A stretch of DNA of 63,149 nt, filler included, from Octopus bimaculoides (GCF_001194135.2; 6 parts of 6 records of this genome joined end to end with filler, not necessarily neighbours in it); one strand, 5' to 3'. Shown: positions 1-10,876, counted from the whole stretch's first letter. A program made the numbers and translations. Notes: a model not told the origin generated them from the letters alone.

Positions 1-17
1 ATATATATATATATATA

Positions 18-54
<37 letters not shown>

Positions 55-70
55 ATATATATATATATAA
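1..70. repeat. (TA)n microsatellite
   Basis: Directly visible; one of many (TA)n, (CA)n, (AG)n, (ATT)n, (ATC)n and (AGAT)n tracts in the window. Confidence 0.95.
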
Positions 71-810
71 GTGTTATTTTGAAATGGTAAGAGAGAATAA
101 AGAGTATTTGCTTCCAGTGATGGAAAGAGAAATCAATACAGCAAATGCCGCAGTGTGATGGTTGCATTGACAGAGAGACAGAGCAAAAGTTTGGCAAAAC
201 AACAATTAGGCTTTTTGTAACATTATATATAGAAAAGAAATTGAATTTTGAGACTCGTAAAGCTAGAGAAGTAAAGAGACAGAGGTAGGTAATGCTGGAA
301 ACTTTGATTGAAAGATCAATATTTAATCCTTTTAGGAATAATGCAAATTTCAAATAAGGATCAAAATTGACTTAAGTATTAAATGAGATTTTGCCAAGAC
401 AATGACGTCATCATTGTCATCACCAGCAGATGGATGTCTATTTTTCCATGCTCACATGAGTCAGATGGAAAATCACTGCAGCAGATTTCCTACAGGTCAA
501 TGCCTTTCCTGTTGCCAAATCTCACCTGTTTCCAAGACAGGTAATATTTTCCCATGGCCAGACATGTTTTCAAGGAAGATTGGAAACACTAGCTTGACTG
601 TATCTGCACACTGCAATTCATTCAACAACTGCAGGACAAGGCCTTAGGCTCAATGCAGACAACTATGTGAAGCTGCAGAATCTGTGGTCAATTTCTGGTT
701 TGAGAGGGTCACTGCTGGAAGGCCATATGTGTGACAGCATGATTCACCTCCTTGCCATACCTGAGGAAATATTCATATATGGTTGTCTGAGAAATTCTAG
801 GACTTCACTA

Positions 811-866
811 GCTTCCTAATTTCTGGCTTCCTAATTTCTGGCTTCCTAATTTCTGGCTTCCTAATT
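811..866. repeat. 15-bp tandem repeat (GCTTCCTAATTTCTG) x3.7 inside the transposase remnant
   Basis: Directly visible. It produces the IRKPE repeats of the minus-strand ORF 797-1009. Confidence 0.95.
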
Positions 867-1102
867 CCCCCAGTTGAAATCCCATCAATTACTATGTGTA
901 GGGTGCAGTTGAGAAAGACACCAACTGCTCTGTTTACAACCCTTAAGCTGAGCTGGTGGCCAAGATCAAGACCGTGTTTGAAGATTTTCCTAGGGACACT
1001 GAGAAACACACATGCCAGGTTCCAGAGCCATCTTGAGGCTGTGATGGAAGCTGGAGGGTAGCTACTTTGAGTAAATTGCTATCTCCCAGATGTGATCTAG
1101 TT

Positions 1103-1413
1103 CAGTGGTTCCCAAAGTGGGCAGTATTGCCCTCCCCCCGGGGGCAGAAGAAAGTTTCAAAGGGGCATTGAAGAAAAATGGGGTGATAATGGGGGAGCAA
1201 TTCATGTAAAAATGTGGGGCAATAATGGGATAATGATTAATGTAAAAACAAAATAATGGGTTCATTAGGTTAAGTATTATTTGTGAAATACTGTTGCTTT
1301 GAATTTGCTTCAGAAAGAGGTCCATGTTTGTGACGGTTACTTGGGATGAGGGTGCTAGGAATATGGCCTGGGTGTCAAGGGGACAGCAGCCCGAAAATAT
1401 TTGGGAACCACTG
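1103..1413 (+). mobile_element. hAT (Buster/Charlie-type) MITE
   Basis: 14-bp TIR CAGTGGTTCCCAAA...TTTGGGAACCACTG; 8-bp TSD ATCTAGTT at 1095-1102 and 1414-1421. Confidence 0.92.
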
Positions 1414-1629
1414 ATCTAGTTCATATTTCTTGATTTTTATTTTTGGCTGGAATATTGTTTTCTTTTCCTTTTATGCAAACTGACCAATTTATTTTGACCC
1501 CGCCCCCCACATACACACTCACACACACACACATTCTCATTCCTCCTCATCTACTGTCTCTATGGTTCTTCCTCTCTTACTATGTGAGTCTAGCATTCAA
1601 TCTATCGAGGAAATCCTCATTGATAGAAT

Positions 1630-1810
1630 TTACATTGGTTGGGTCACGTACACAGCATGGACAACAACAGACTGACCACACAACTCGTTTACTCCCGACT
1701 AAGCAAAAGGAAAAGAAACCATGGAAGACCCAGACTGAGATTCAAAGACACTGCAAAAAAGGAACACGGAGTGGGAAGGAATCAATCATAATAAATGGCA
1801 AAAAATAAGC
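1630..1810 (+). mobile_element. RTE-clade LINE 3' fragment
   Basis: HWLGHVHSMDNNRLTTQLVYSRLSKRKRNHGRPRLRFKDTAK matches the RTE ORF2 C-terminal motif (WxGHVxRM...GRPxLRFKD). Confidence 0.8.
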
Positions 1811-2054
1811 ACATATCACAATATTATATTCCTAACTCTCCTTTCTATCACTACCTTCAACTAACTTTTTTAATCACGTAACAAATATTACATTCCCCCT
1901 ACCACATGTCATGGACGTTCCTCTCTGTCTTTTCTCTCTCCCTCTTTTTCTCTAATCACGTGAAAGTGTTACCGACAGGCTAAGTAACGTAATGACAGGC
2001 AGAATAATTATAAGATGAGGTGAGAGTGTCCAGGGTGGAGCTGAAAAGAGATTA

Positions 2055-2208
2055 AAAGGTGTGTGGTTAAGAAGATCACTTCAGAACAATGTTGTTGAGG
2101 ATTCAGTCCTGCCTCCACAAACATTATTGGCTGATATTCTATACAACAGTCACAGATTGACCAATATTCTGTGAGTAAAATTGAAAGACTGAAACTGGAG
2201 AAGCCTGT

Positions 2209-2235
<27 letters not shown>
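2055..2235 (+). mobile_element. Degenerate head of SINE family A running into (TG)n
   Basis: GTGTGGTTAAGAAG..GGATTCAGTCC..GAAACTGGAGAAGCCTGTC resembles the family A 5' half. Confidence 0.5.
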
Positions 2236-2254
<19 letters not shown>

Positions 2255-2296
2255 NNNNNNNNNNNNNNNNNNNNNNNNNNNNNNNNNNNNNNNNNN

Positions 2297-2349
<53 letters not shown>

Positions 2350-2401
2350 GTATATATATTGTATACACACATGTATGTATGTATATATATTATATATATA
2401 T

Positions 2402-2578
2402 ATCATCATCATCATCATCATGTTTAATGTCCAGTGTTTGACAGTGTCTGACTGGGGAACAAGTGAGAGTTGGCAACAAGAAGGGCATGCATCTGGCCAT
2501 AAAAAAACTTAATGTCACAAACTGCATCTGACTAACACAAGCATAGAAAAATTGGACATTAGGATGATGATGATGATG
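2402..2578 (+). mobile_element. SINE-like family B 3' fragment(s) with (GAT)n tail
   Basis: GTTGGCAACAAGAAGGGCAT..GCATAGAAAAATTGGACATTAGGATGATGATG, similar to 22528-22680; an opposite-orientation (CAT)n TTTAATGTCC end lies at 2402-2430. Confidence 0.6.
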
Positions 2579-2904
2579 GGGTTATGTGAGTGTGTGTTTA
2601 TATTCATGGGTAAAGTACACAGACAAGCTGACAGATGTAAATGTACAAGCACATACTTATATGTGCATATGAGATTTTATAAGTACGTTTGTATGGTGTG
2701 TGGGGGTTGATATGTGTGTGTGCATGCGTGCATGCATGAGTGTGTGTGTGTGGCAAGTAGAACAAAATCTAACTTCAAATCAGGAAGTGAACAACACATG
2801 CATACCAGAAAGATTTTACAGTTTAAGTAATCATTGTTAGAAATGTGTGTGTATACATATATGTATGTATATGTGTATATATACATACACATATATACAT
2901 ACAC

Positions 2905-3002
<98 letters not shown>

Positions 3003-3739
3003 NNNNNNNNNNNNNNNNNNNNNNNNNNNNNNNNNNNNNNNNNNNNNNNNNNNNNNNNNNNNNNNNNNNNNNNNNNNNNNNNNNNNNNNNNNNNNNNNNN
3101 NNNNNNNNNNNNNNNNNNNNNNNNNNNNNNNNNNNNNNNNNNNNNNNNNNNNNNNNNNNNNNNNNNNNNNNNNNNNNNNNNNNNNNNNNNNNNNNNNNNN
3201 NNNNNNNNNNNNNNNNNNNNNNNNNNNNNNNNNNNNNNNNNNNNNNNNNNNNNNNNNNNNNNNNNNNNNNNNNNNNNNNNNNNNNNNNNNNNNNNNNNNN
3301 NNNNNNNNNNNNNNNNNNNNNNNNNNNNNNNNNNNNNNNNNNNNNNNNNNNNNNNNNNNNNNNNNNNNNNNNNNNNNNNNNNNNNNNNNNNNNNNNNNNN
3401 NNNNNNNNNNNNNNNNNNNNNNNNNNNNNNNNNNNNNNNNNNNNNNNNNNNNNNNNNNNNNNNNNNNNNNNNNNNNNNNNNNNNNNNNNNNNNNNNNNNN
3501 NNNNNNNNNNNNNNNNNNNNNNNNNNNNNNNNNNNNNNNNNNNNNNNNNNNNNNNNNNNNNNNNNNNNNNNNNNNNNNNNNNNNNNNNNNNNNNNNNNNN
3601 NNNNNNNNNNNNNNNNNNNNNNNNNNNNNNNNNNNNNNNNNNNNNNNNNNNNNNNNNNGGAAAAAAGAGTACTCAAATACCAGAGGTAGAGTAATATGCT
3701 TTATTTATTTTGTTATATTTCTGCTGCTTTTAAATAAAG

Positions 3740-3773
<34 letters not shown>

Positions 3774-3898
3774 TGCACACACATACGTACATACAACTGC
3801 TAAGATTGTCTGGTGTTAAAGAGGAGGAAGCAAGATAAGAATTTAAACACCTGACTGGTATGGCCCATCAGAATAATTGACTTTATTTTCCATCTTAG

Positions 3899-3969
3899 AA
3901 ACATGGAAAAGTTTCACAGGTATGATACCAGGTGAAGACTTTCAACTGTTGCTGCGAAGATATTTATAG
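3899..3969 (+). CDS. Candidate internal or terminal exon (xTWKSFTGMIPGEDFQLLLRRYL*), or a 21-nt microexon 3899-3919
   Basis: Acceptor CTTTATTTTCCATCTTAG at 3881-3898; alternative donor CAG|GTATGA at 3920. Product not recognised. Confidence 0.25.
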
Positions 3970-4095
3970 GAGCTGGGGTTTTTTTGTTTTCCTTTTTCAT
4001 GTTTACTATGGGGTGGTTGGGTGGGGTTATGGGAGCAGAAGTAGGTAGTCTACGTACTAAAATATTCCAAACAAAATTGGTAAATATAGAAACTG

Positions 4096-4188
4096 AACTG
4101 GGTATACATGTAACTGGGTATACATGTAACTGGGTATACATGAACTGGGTATACATGAACTGGGTATACATGAACTGGGTATACATGT
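4096..4188. repeat. Minisatellite AACTGGGTATACATG(T) x6 (15/16-bp units)
   Basis: Directly visible; units start at 4096, 4112, 4128, 4143, 4158 and 4173. Confidence 0.95.
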
Positions 4189-5119
4189 AATGTATGTATG
4201 TGATGTACATAATGGATGTAATGTGTGTATGTGCACATATATACTATTTATGTTTATATATATGTATATATGTATATATACATATATACATGCTACATGC
4301 ATGCATGATTATTTTTTATGCATTTATACATATGTATACATACACATGTGTGTGTGTTTATATATATATACGTACACATATGCACACACACATACGTATA
4401 TACAGTGAGAGAAAACTTCAGGTAAAAGATTGTCAAGAGGTGTAGAATGCAAAATTGAAATGGGCTGTAACTAAAGATTTGCCAAGATGTAGAGGTAAAG
4501 AAACAAGGAACAATTGGATAAGGGCCAATTGTAGATTACAGCAACAAATTCCTGGAAATTAAATGGAGTGAAAACTGAGTAAATAGCTGGAATATTACGA
4601 AGNNNNNNNNNNNNNNNNNNNNNNNNNNNNNNNNNNNNNNNNNNNNNNNNNNNNNNNNNNNNNNNNNNNNNNNNNNNNNNNNNNNNNNNNNNNNNNNNNN
4701 NNNNNNNNNNNNNNNNNNNNNNNNNNNNNNNNNNNNNNNNNNNNNNNNNNNNNNNNNNNNNNNNNNNNNNNNNNNNNNNNNNNNNNNNNNNNNNNNNNNN
4801 NNNNNNNNNNNNNNNNNNNNNNNNNNNNNNNNNNNNNNNNNNNNNNNNNNNNNNNNNNNNNNNNNNNNNNNNNNNNNNNNNNNNNNNNNNNNNNNNNNNN
4901 NNNNNNNNNNNNNNNNNNNNNNNNNNNNNNNNNNNNNNNNNNNNNNNNNNNNNNNNNNNNNNNNNNNNNNNNNNNNNNNNNNNNNNNNNNNNNNNNNNNN
5001 NNNNNNNNNNNNNNNNNNNNNNNNNATATATATATACATATACACACACACACATATATCCATACACATACACACAAATATATATGCACATACACATATA
5101 TATATATACACACATGGTT

Positions 5120-5488
5120 GTTGTCTACTCCATATGCAAAGTTTGACCACCTCTTGTACCTACACCTTAGCATCATCATGGCATCTGATGTGGCTTTTTA
5201 AACCAGACAATGTTCTGAAAAGACACCCACATAGATTGGACATCCGATTTGGACCAGCAAGAGCTGCAGATAAGCTTTGTGGATCTTGGAATGTCTTTTG
5301 AGGCCTTCGTTAGATTTGCATTCAAAGATGTGCACAGACATATAAGCAGAAAAGTTGGTGGAGGTTCGCTTTCCATGGGTTCACAAATGAGATTTGAGCC
5401 CAGCAAAAAAAAGGCATCGTCTGTCACAAACTGTGCACTCAAAAAGGTCATTGTCATTCACCTTCTCGATCGTAACATTCTTCCTTAG
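5120..5488 (-). mobile_element. Decayed LINE-like (probably RTE) C-terminus with three C2H2-like zinc fingers
   Basis: Minus strand reads FECTVCDRRCLFFAGLKSHL*TH ... HIFECKSNEGLKRHSKIH ... (frameshift) NLCGCLFRTLSGLKSHIRCH, resembling the RTE terminal finger at ~6520-6610. Confidence 0.65.
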
Positions 5489-5736
5489 ATCTCTTTACAT
5501 ATAGACACATATGCATATATATAGACACACATATACAGTAGTACTATGGTTTTCGAACAACTCTGATCACAAATAAATTGTGCTTTATNNNNNNNNNNNN
5601 NNNNNNNNNNNNNNNNNNNNNNNNNNNNNNNNNNNNNNNNNNNNNNNNNNNNNNNNNNNNNNNNNNNNNNNNNNNNNNNNNNNNNNNNNNNNNNNNNNNN
5701 NNNNNNNNNNNNNNNNNNNNNNNNNNNNNNNNNNNA

Positions 5737-5935
5737 TATTCTTTTATTTGTTTCAGTCATTTGATTGCGGTCATGCTGGAGCAACGCCTTTAGTCGAACA
5801 AATCAACCTTGGGACTTATTCTTTGTAAGCCTAGTACTTATTCCATCAGTCTCTTTTGCCGAACCACTAAGTTATGGGGATGTAACCACACCAGCATCGG
5901 TTGTCAAAACATGGGGTGGGGGCCCAAACAGACAG

Positions 5936-5990
<55 letters not shown>

Positions 5991-6153
5991 TACGACAGGC
6001 TTCTTTCAGTTTTCATCTGCCAAATACACTCACAAGGCTTCAGTTGGCCTGAGGCGATAATAGAAGACACTCGCCCAAGGTGCCACACAGTGGGACTGAA
6101 CCTGGAACCATGTGGTTGGTAAGCAAGCTACTTACCACACAGCCACTCCTGCA
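5737..6153 (-). mobile_element. SINE family A, full length, with internal (TA)n(TG)n
   Basis: Reverse complement of the A-box TGGCTGTGTGG, B-box GGTTCAGTCCC, CACCTTGGGC core and CAGTCAAATGACTGAAAC tail. Confidence 0.9.
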
Positions 6154-6168
6154 CATGTGTGTGTATGT

Positions 6169-6221
<53 letters not shown>

Positions 6222-6429
6222 CATACACACATATATATATATTTGAAAAAATAAAAAAATGAACGGAAATGACATTTCAGATAATTTTTCCACTGACTAA
6301 TTAGATGTTTACACATCATTAGTTGTTTACAAATCGTGACTGTTGTGAGTTTCTCACTTAAAAGCCATTTTCAAATTGATGTTTTAGAGTTTGTTATCCA
6401 CTCTGTAGACAGGGTTGTTAGACTACAAA

Positions 6430-7080
6430 CATACACATGTACAGACGTGCACACACTGATGATGGCTGTCCACTCGTGACCGAGGAAGACCATTGCTGAC
6501 CTTCAGAAACATTGTGCGCTCCAAGACTAACTTTGCATTTGTGACTCCGTTGGTGGCTAATGAGCCCTGCTCTTGACAAACATACATGACTGCAAACATT
6601 GCAAACCAAGCTTTCTCCATTCACTACAACAGCAGTGTCCTTTCAAGCAGCACGTTTAAGTTCTTCATGCTGAATATGTGCTCTCTCAAAAGTGTCGATC
6701 CCCTCCTTAACCTGCTTCCTCCATCTGTAGCGATGACTGGCATTGCTCTCCCAGTCAGTCTTCTGCATATCACAGGCCTTTAATGAGGACTTGACACAGT
6801 CCTTAAATTGCAGCCTTGGTTTTTGCCGGAGTCTCTTTCTACTAATAAGTTCCCTACATAGCATCTGCTTAAGGATCCTGCTATCCTTCATTCTAATAAG
6901 GTGTCCAATGTAACCACTGCTTGTGCACCATCGCCTCAATACTCAAGATATCAGCTGTCCTCAGGACCTGTGTGTTTGGAGTTTTTAAGGTCCAGCCAAC
7001 ACTCAAAATGTGTCTGACCGTTCAAGGACCCTTACATGGCGTTTGTAAAGGGCTCATATCTCACATGAGTAAAGAAGCGA
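6430..7080 (-). mobile_element. RTE LINE 3' region (end of RT, C-terminus with C2H2-like finger, 3'UTR)
   Basis: LLYSCEI*ALYKRHVRVLER ... GHLIRMKDSRILKQMLCREL..KPRLQFKDCVKSSLK..WE..A.HR..WR ... VCNVCSHVCLSRAGLISHQRSH. Confidence 0.9.
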
Positions 7081-7112
7081 TGTCAGTACACAAACACACA
7101 TATATCTATGTA

Positions 7113-8003
7113 CAAGGTAGTATCAAAATGTTCCCAGACTAGTTCTGTAGCATGCCAACAGATGGCAGCACACAGTTGTGTGAGCAGTAAGAGCTAGCAG
7201 TGACCTTGATGAGGCAGTGTGCCAAGTGGATTTGTTCTGTTTACTTTGCATGTTGCGAAATTTGTGTTTTTGTGATCATGTGTGTATGCTGTAATCTGTG
7301 ATTTCTTCATGGACAAGAACAAAGAGCCAACGTAAGATTTTGAGAAGTCTGCTACAGAAACATTGAGTATGCTTCAGTAAGCTTATGGCGACGAGGCAAT
7401 GGGTCGCATGCAATGTTTTGAGTGGCATGGGTGACTCAAGAGCAGAAGAGCATCCCTGGAAGATGATGAGCAATCTGGAAGACCTGGCACAAATGTCACC
7501 CCCAGGCATATGGTATTGTGTATCAAGAATTTGTCCCCCAAGGCCATATTGTCAGTTGAGAGTTCTACTGCAACATTTTGAAGTGTTTGAGGGAGGTCAT
7601 TCGATGAAAGCAACCAGATGTGTGGAGCTCAAAGAACTGGATTCTTCACAATGACAATGCACTCTGTCACCGAGATTGTCTCACTTGTTAGTTTCTTACC
7701 AAAAACAACATGGTGTTGCATCTACATCCACCCTAATCACAAGATTTAGCACCTGCAGGTTTCCATCCCTACTCAAAGATGAAAACGCAGCTCAAAGGTC
7801 ACCGTTGTTGAGATCCACAGCAAATTGCAGAAGGTCTTCAACTCACAGAAAACAGGTTGGATTCCAAAAGTGGCAGGAATGCTGGGATGAGTGTATTGCT
7901 ACACAAGGTGACCTCTTACAAAGGAGGTGATGTTAAAACTTTGGTAAATAAGTTATTTTTTCATTAAACATAACCAGTCCTGGAACTTTTTGACACAGCC
8001 GCA
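7113..8003 (+). mobile_element. Internally deleted mariner (DD34D-type) transposon
   Basis: Imperfect 28-bp TIRs (CAAGGTAGTATCAAAATGTTCCCAGACT / AGTCCTGGAACTTTTTGACACAGCCGCA) with flanking TA. Remnants include KSATETLSML..AYGDEAM, YQEFVPQG, WILHNDNALCH, HPP*SQDLAP and FQKWQECWDECIATQGD. Confidence 0.88.
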
Positions 8004-8619
8004 TACATACACACACACATATGTATGTTGGACGTATCCTGTACCTCTCTCTTCTATCTTTTCTCTTGTCAAAAAAAATATATTTCTCCAGTGTTTGCTA
8101 TTTTCCCTTCGTTCTGGTCTAACCACTCTCCATGTTTGTTTTCGTTTGGTTTCCTTGTATGTCTCCACTGTCCTGTTTTTGTTCCCAACTTTGACCCTCC
8201 ATAAATCCCACTGAAACAAGTGAAAGATAGAGGATAAAAGTTAAGATGATGTGAACTGCAGGGCTGTAGGTGGGGAGAAGATGCAAGTGACAGAGAGAGG
8301 TCAAATGTCAATAAGGGTGGATATAGTGACAAAGGTGGGGTGGGGCACTGATGACAGACATGAAAGGATGTGTAGGGAAAAAGGGGGCATTCAGTGGAGA
8401 ACTAAAGTGGTTAAGGGACAATATTGAGAATGCAGGATGGGTGACAAGTGGTTCCAGGAGAGAAATAATTGGTAACAAAACAAAAGGAAGATGAAATAAG
8501 CGGAGATTTGCATTTATAGAATTCTAGGGGTGAAGAAGGGAAGGGTATCAACAGGGTGGGTCATAGGGAAGGCTTGACAAGTAAAGATATATTTTTTTAG
8601 GGCCTTGTTTGTTTGGGTT

Positions 8620-8795
8620 TTTTTTTTTTTTTTTGCTGAACTGGATGGATCTTCTCAAACACAGTGAATTGCAAGCATCTCGGTCCTTCTGTGATCTCCT
8701 CTGTGAAGCTTAACAACCTGAGGTCGGTTTTCATTACTTTGTCCCACATCTTCCTGGGTCTCCTTCTTTCACAGGTTCTATCCACAATTAGGAAA
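8620..8795 (-). mobile_element. RTE LINE extreme 3' fragment
   Basis: LIVDRTCERRRPRKMWDKVMKTDLRLLSFTEE matches the RTE GRPRKTW motif. Confidence 0.75.
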
Positions 8796-8797
8796 CA

Positions 8798-9200
8798 GTA
8801 ACTGGCACTCCGTCGGTTACCACGACGAGGGTTCCAGTTGATCCAATCAGCAGAGCAGCCTGCTCGTGAAATTAACGTACAAGTGGCTGAGCGCTCCACA
8901 GATATGCGTCGTTGTCAAGAAGATTCAGTATGACACAGAATGTGACATGGCTAGCCCTCTGAATTACAGGTACAACTCATTTTGGTAAATCTTCAGATTA
9001 ACACCCACACCCTAAGACCCTAACCCTAAAACCCTAGTGAAAATCGTGCGGGTGTTAATCTGAAAATTTACCCTCATTTTTACCAGCTGAGTGGACTGGA
9101 ACAACGTGAAATAAAGTGTCTTGCTCAAGGACACAACAGGAATCGAACTCCCGACTTTACGACCATGAGCTGGATACCCTAAACGCTAAGCCACGCGCCT
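8798..9200 (-). mobile_element. SINE family C (tRNA-like head), interrupted by a MITE
   Basis: Reverse complement reads AGGCGCGTGGCTTAGCG..GGGAGTTCGATTCC; the body is shared with 51499-51748, 40503-40790 and 42969-43352. Confidence 0.88.
8984..9072. mobile_element. 89-bp MITE with 27-bp TIRs, 8-bp TSD and telomere-like CCCTAA core
   Basis: TIRs GGTAAAT(C/T)TTCAGATTAACACCC(A/G)CAC (25/27 match); TSD CTCATTTT at 8976-8983 and 9073-9080; core CCCTAAGACCCTAACCCTAAAACCCTAG. Confidence 0.9.
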
Positions 9201-9226
9201 AGAGAACAGTACTTCTTTAATGTATA

Positions 9227-9541
9227 CAGGGTGGCCCAAAAGTAGGTGCACAGTTATTCAACAATCTCTTTTGCATTCATATATTAACAGTTCAGATCTT
9301 AATTATAAAAAAATATGAAACCATTATTCTATACTAATTTAGTTCATTTTGTCAAGCTCCCTTTTCAGTTTGTAAGATAGAAATTTAAAAGTAACAGAAT
9401 GTTTAAAAAGAAGTTTAAAGTGCCTACATGATATCTGTAAACCTACTTTTGGGCTACACAGAAATTTTAATGTAATAAAATATTTTAAAAGAAATTTCAA
9501 GCGCCTACAGATAACTGCAAACCTGCTTTGGGGCCACCCTG
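9227..9541. mobile_element. Tc1/mariner-type MITE
   Basis: TA|CAGGGTGGCCCAAAAGTAGG ... CCTGCTTTGGGGCCACCCTG|TA. The right-end ~57 bp is duplicated internally at ~9400-9458. Confidence 0.88.
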
Positions 9542-9752
9542 TATGTAAACATAATTTGGCTGCATTTGATGTGTATGTAAATATATATTCGTATTGTTTC
9601 AAATGTGTCTGTTCAGGTTACAGTTGAATGCTTTAGTTGTTTCACTTTCTCAAAATCCTGTTTCAGTTTTTCATTTCTTAATGACAAAAACCTAATTACG
9701 ACGCGTAAGCTACAAACACAAACAATATATTTCTACATTACTAACAAAAACA

Positions 9753-9798
<46 letters not shown>

Positions 9799-10699
9799 GT
9801 TCAATACGAACACTATATTTATAGACAACAAATTCACACATTATATATTTATAAATTGCAAATGTAAACATTATATATTTATATACGCACGGCAATTGTA
9901 AATGCCATTAAGTCTAATTAATTTCTGAATGAAAAAAAATTCATATTAATTGGAAATTACTTTATAAAAATTAATAGTCGGGAGGAGAGATGATTCTGAC
10001 TCTCTGATGCCCAAAATATTTGAAAAAAAAAAACATTATAAAAAGGAGTAAATTTTAGAAAATATTAGAAGGAAGAGTCGGCTTTCTTTCGGAGATGGTA
10101 TCACGAAAGTGAAAATGGAAATTGGCAATATGCCCACGGGCGAATTGAACAGTGAAACACACACACACACACATATTGGACAGAATGAGATACCAAATCC
10201 AAGGCTATGAGGAGTTTTCAAGACATTTATAATGAAATAGTCTTACAGCTGTTTCTGGGATATTATGGATATAGCTTCATCAGAGACAATGTGAAAATAT
10301 TTGAGTTCGAATTATATATACCAGCAAAATATGAAGAATCAACATTAGAAATCTTTTGTGGAAACCTCCAAATTAAAGGACGAATCTACATTCAACCTTT
10401 TTACACCTATATATATATATATATATATATATCGTTTTTGTATTTGGTTTGCAAGATTCTTTATGTGAATTCGTGTGTTGAAGCATATTTTATTGTGTGT
10501 CTGAGGAGAGTCATTCTCTTTTAGTGCTTTATTTAACACACTCACTGGTTCGATTTCCACTCAGTTAGTTATTTATTTTTGCTAAATGTGTGTGTGTGTA
10601 ACATGTACACACACACACACACACACACATAAACACACATTGTAAAAAGTTGTAAAACTTTAAAAATTAAACCAACTAAGTTTGCACAAGGCTAGCAAA

Positions 10700-10860
10700 T
10701 TTGAAGGGAGGGGCTTTAATTGATATCACTGATCCAGGTACTTGACAGACAGACTCCGAAGGAACAACAGACAAAGCTGGCCTCGTCGGGATTTGAACAC
10801 AAGAAATAAAGAGTCGGATTAAATACCGCAGGGGCATTTATTCCGACGTTACATTTAACA
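10700..10860 (-). mobile_element. SINE family D, degenerate
   Basis: Reverse complement of ..GTTCAAATCCCGACGAGGCC..CTTTG..CCTTCGG.. Confidence 0.6.
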
Positions 10861-10876
10861 TGTACAAAGAGAAAAG

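Larger units (their letters stand above)
625..1505 (+). mobile_element. Decayed Tc1/mariner (maT-like) transposon, 3' part of transposase, with nested hAT MITE
   Basis: Frameshifted translation GLRLNADNYVKL..WFERVTAGRPYV*QHDSPPCH..WLSEKF..NYYV*GAVEKDTN..ARFQSHLEAVMEAGG, homologous to the copy at 14.2-14.9 kb. TIR-like CCAATTTATTTTGACCC at ~1484-1500. Confidence 0.75.

Noticed and set aside
811-866. Short tandem repeats (also 4096-4188) as CRISPR-like arrays
   Set aside because: There are no spacers, the context is eukaryotic, and there are no cas genes.
2834-3819. Long ORFs of 270-320 aa (similarly at 4.5-5.2, 19.6-20.6, 29.1-29.7, 45.7-46.2, 49.7-50.3 and 55.0-55.9 kb)
   Set aside because: They consist of N runs and (TA)n/(CA)n translations (X, YI, HT) and are not real genes.
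8345-8375. CTGATGA...GAAA motif
   Set aside because: The 7 intervening bases cannot form stem II, and there is no matching stem I or III.
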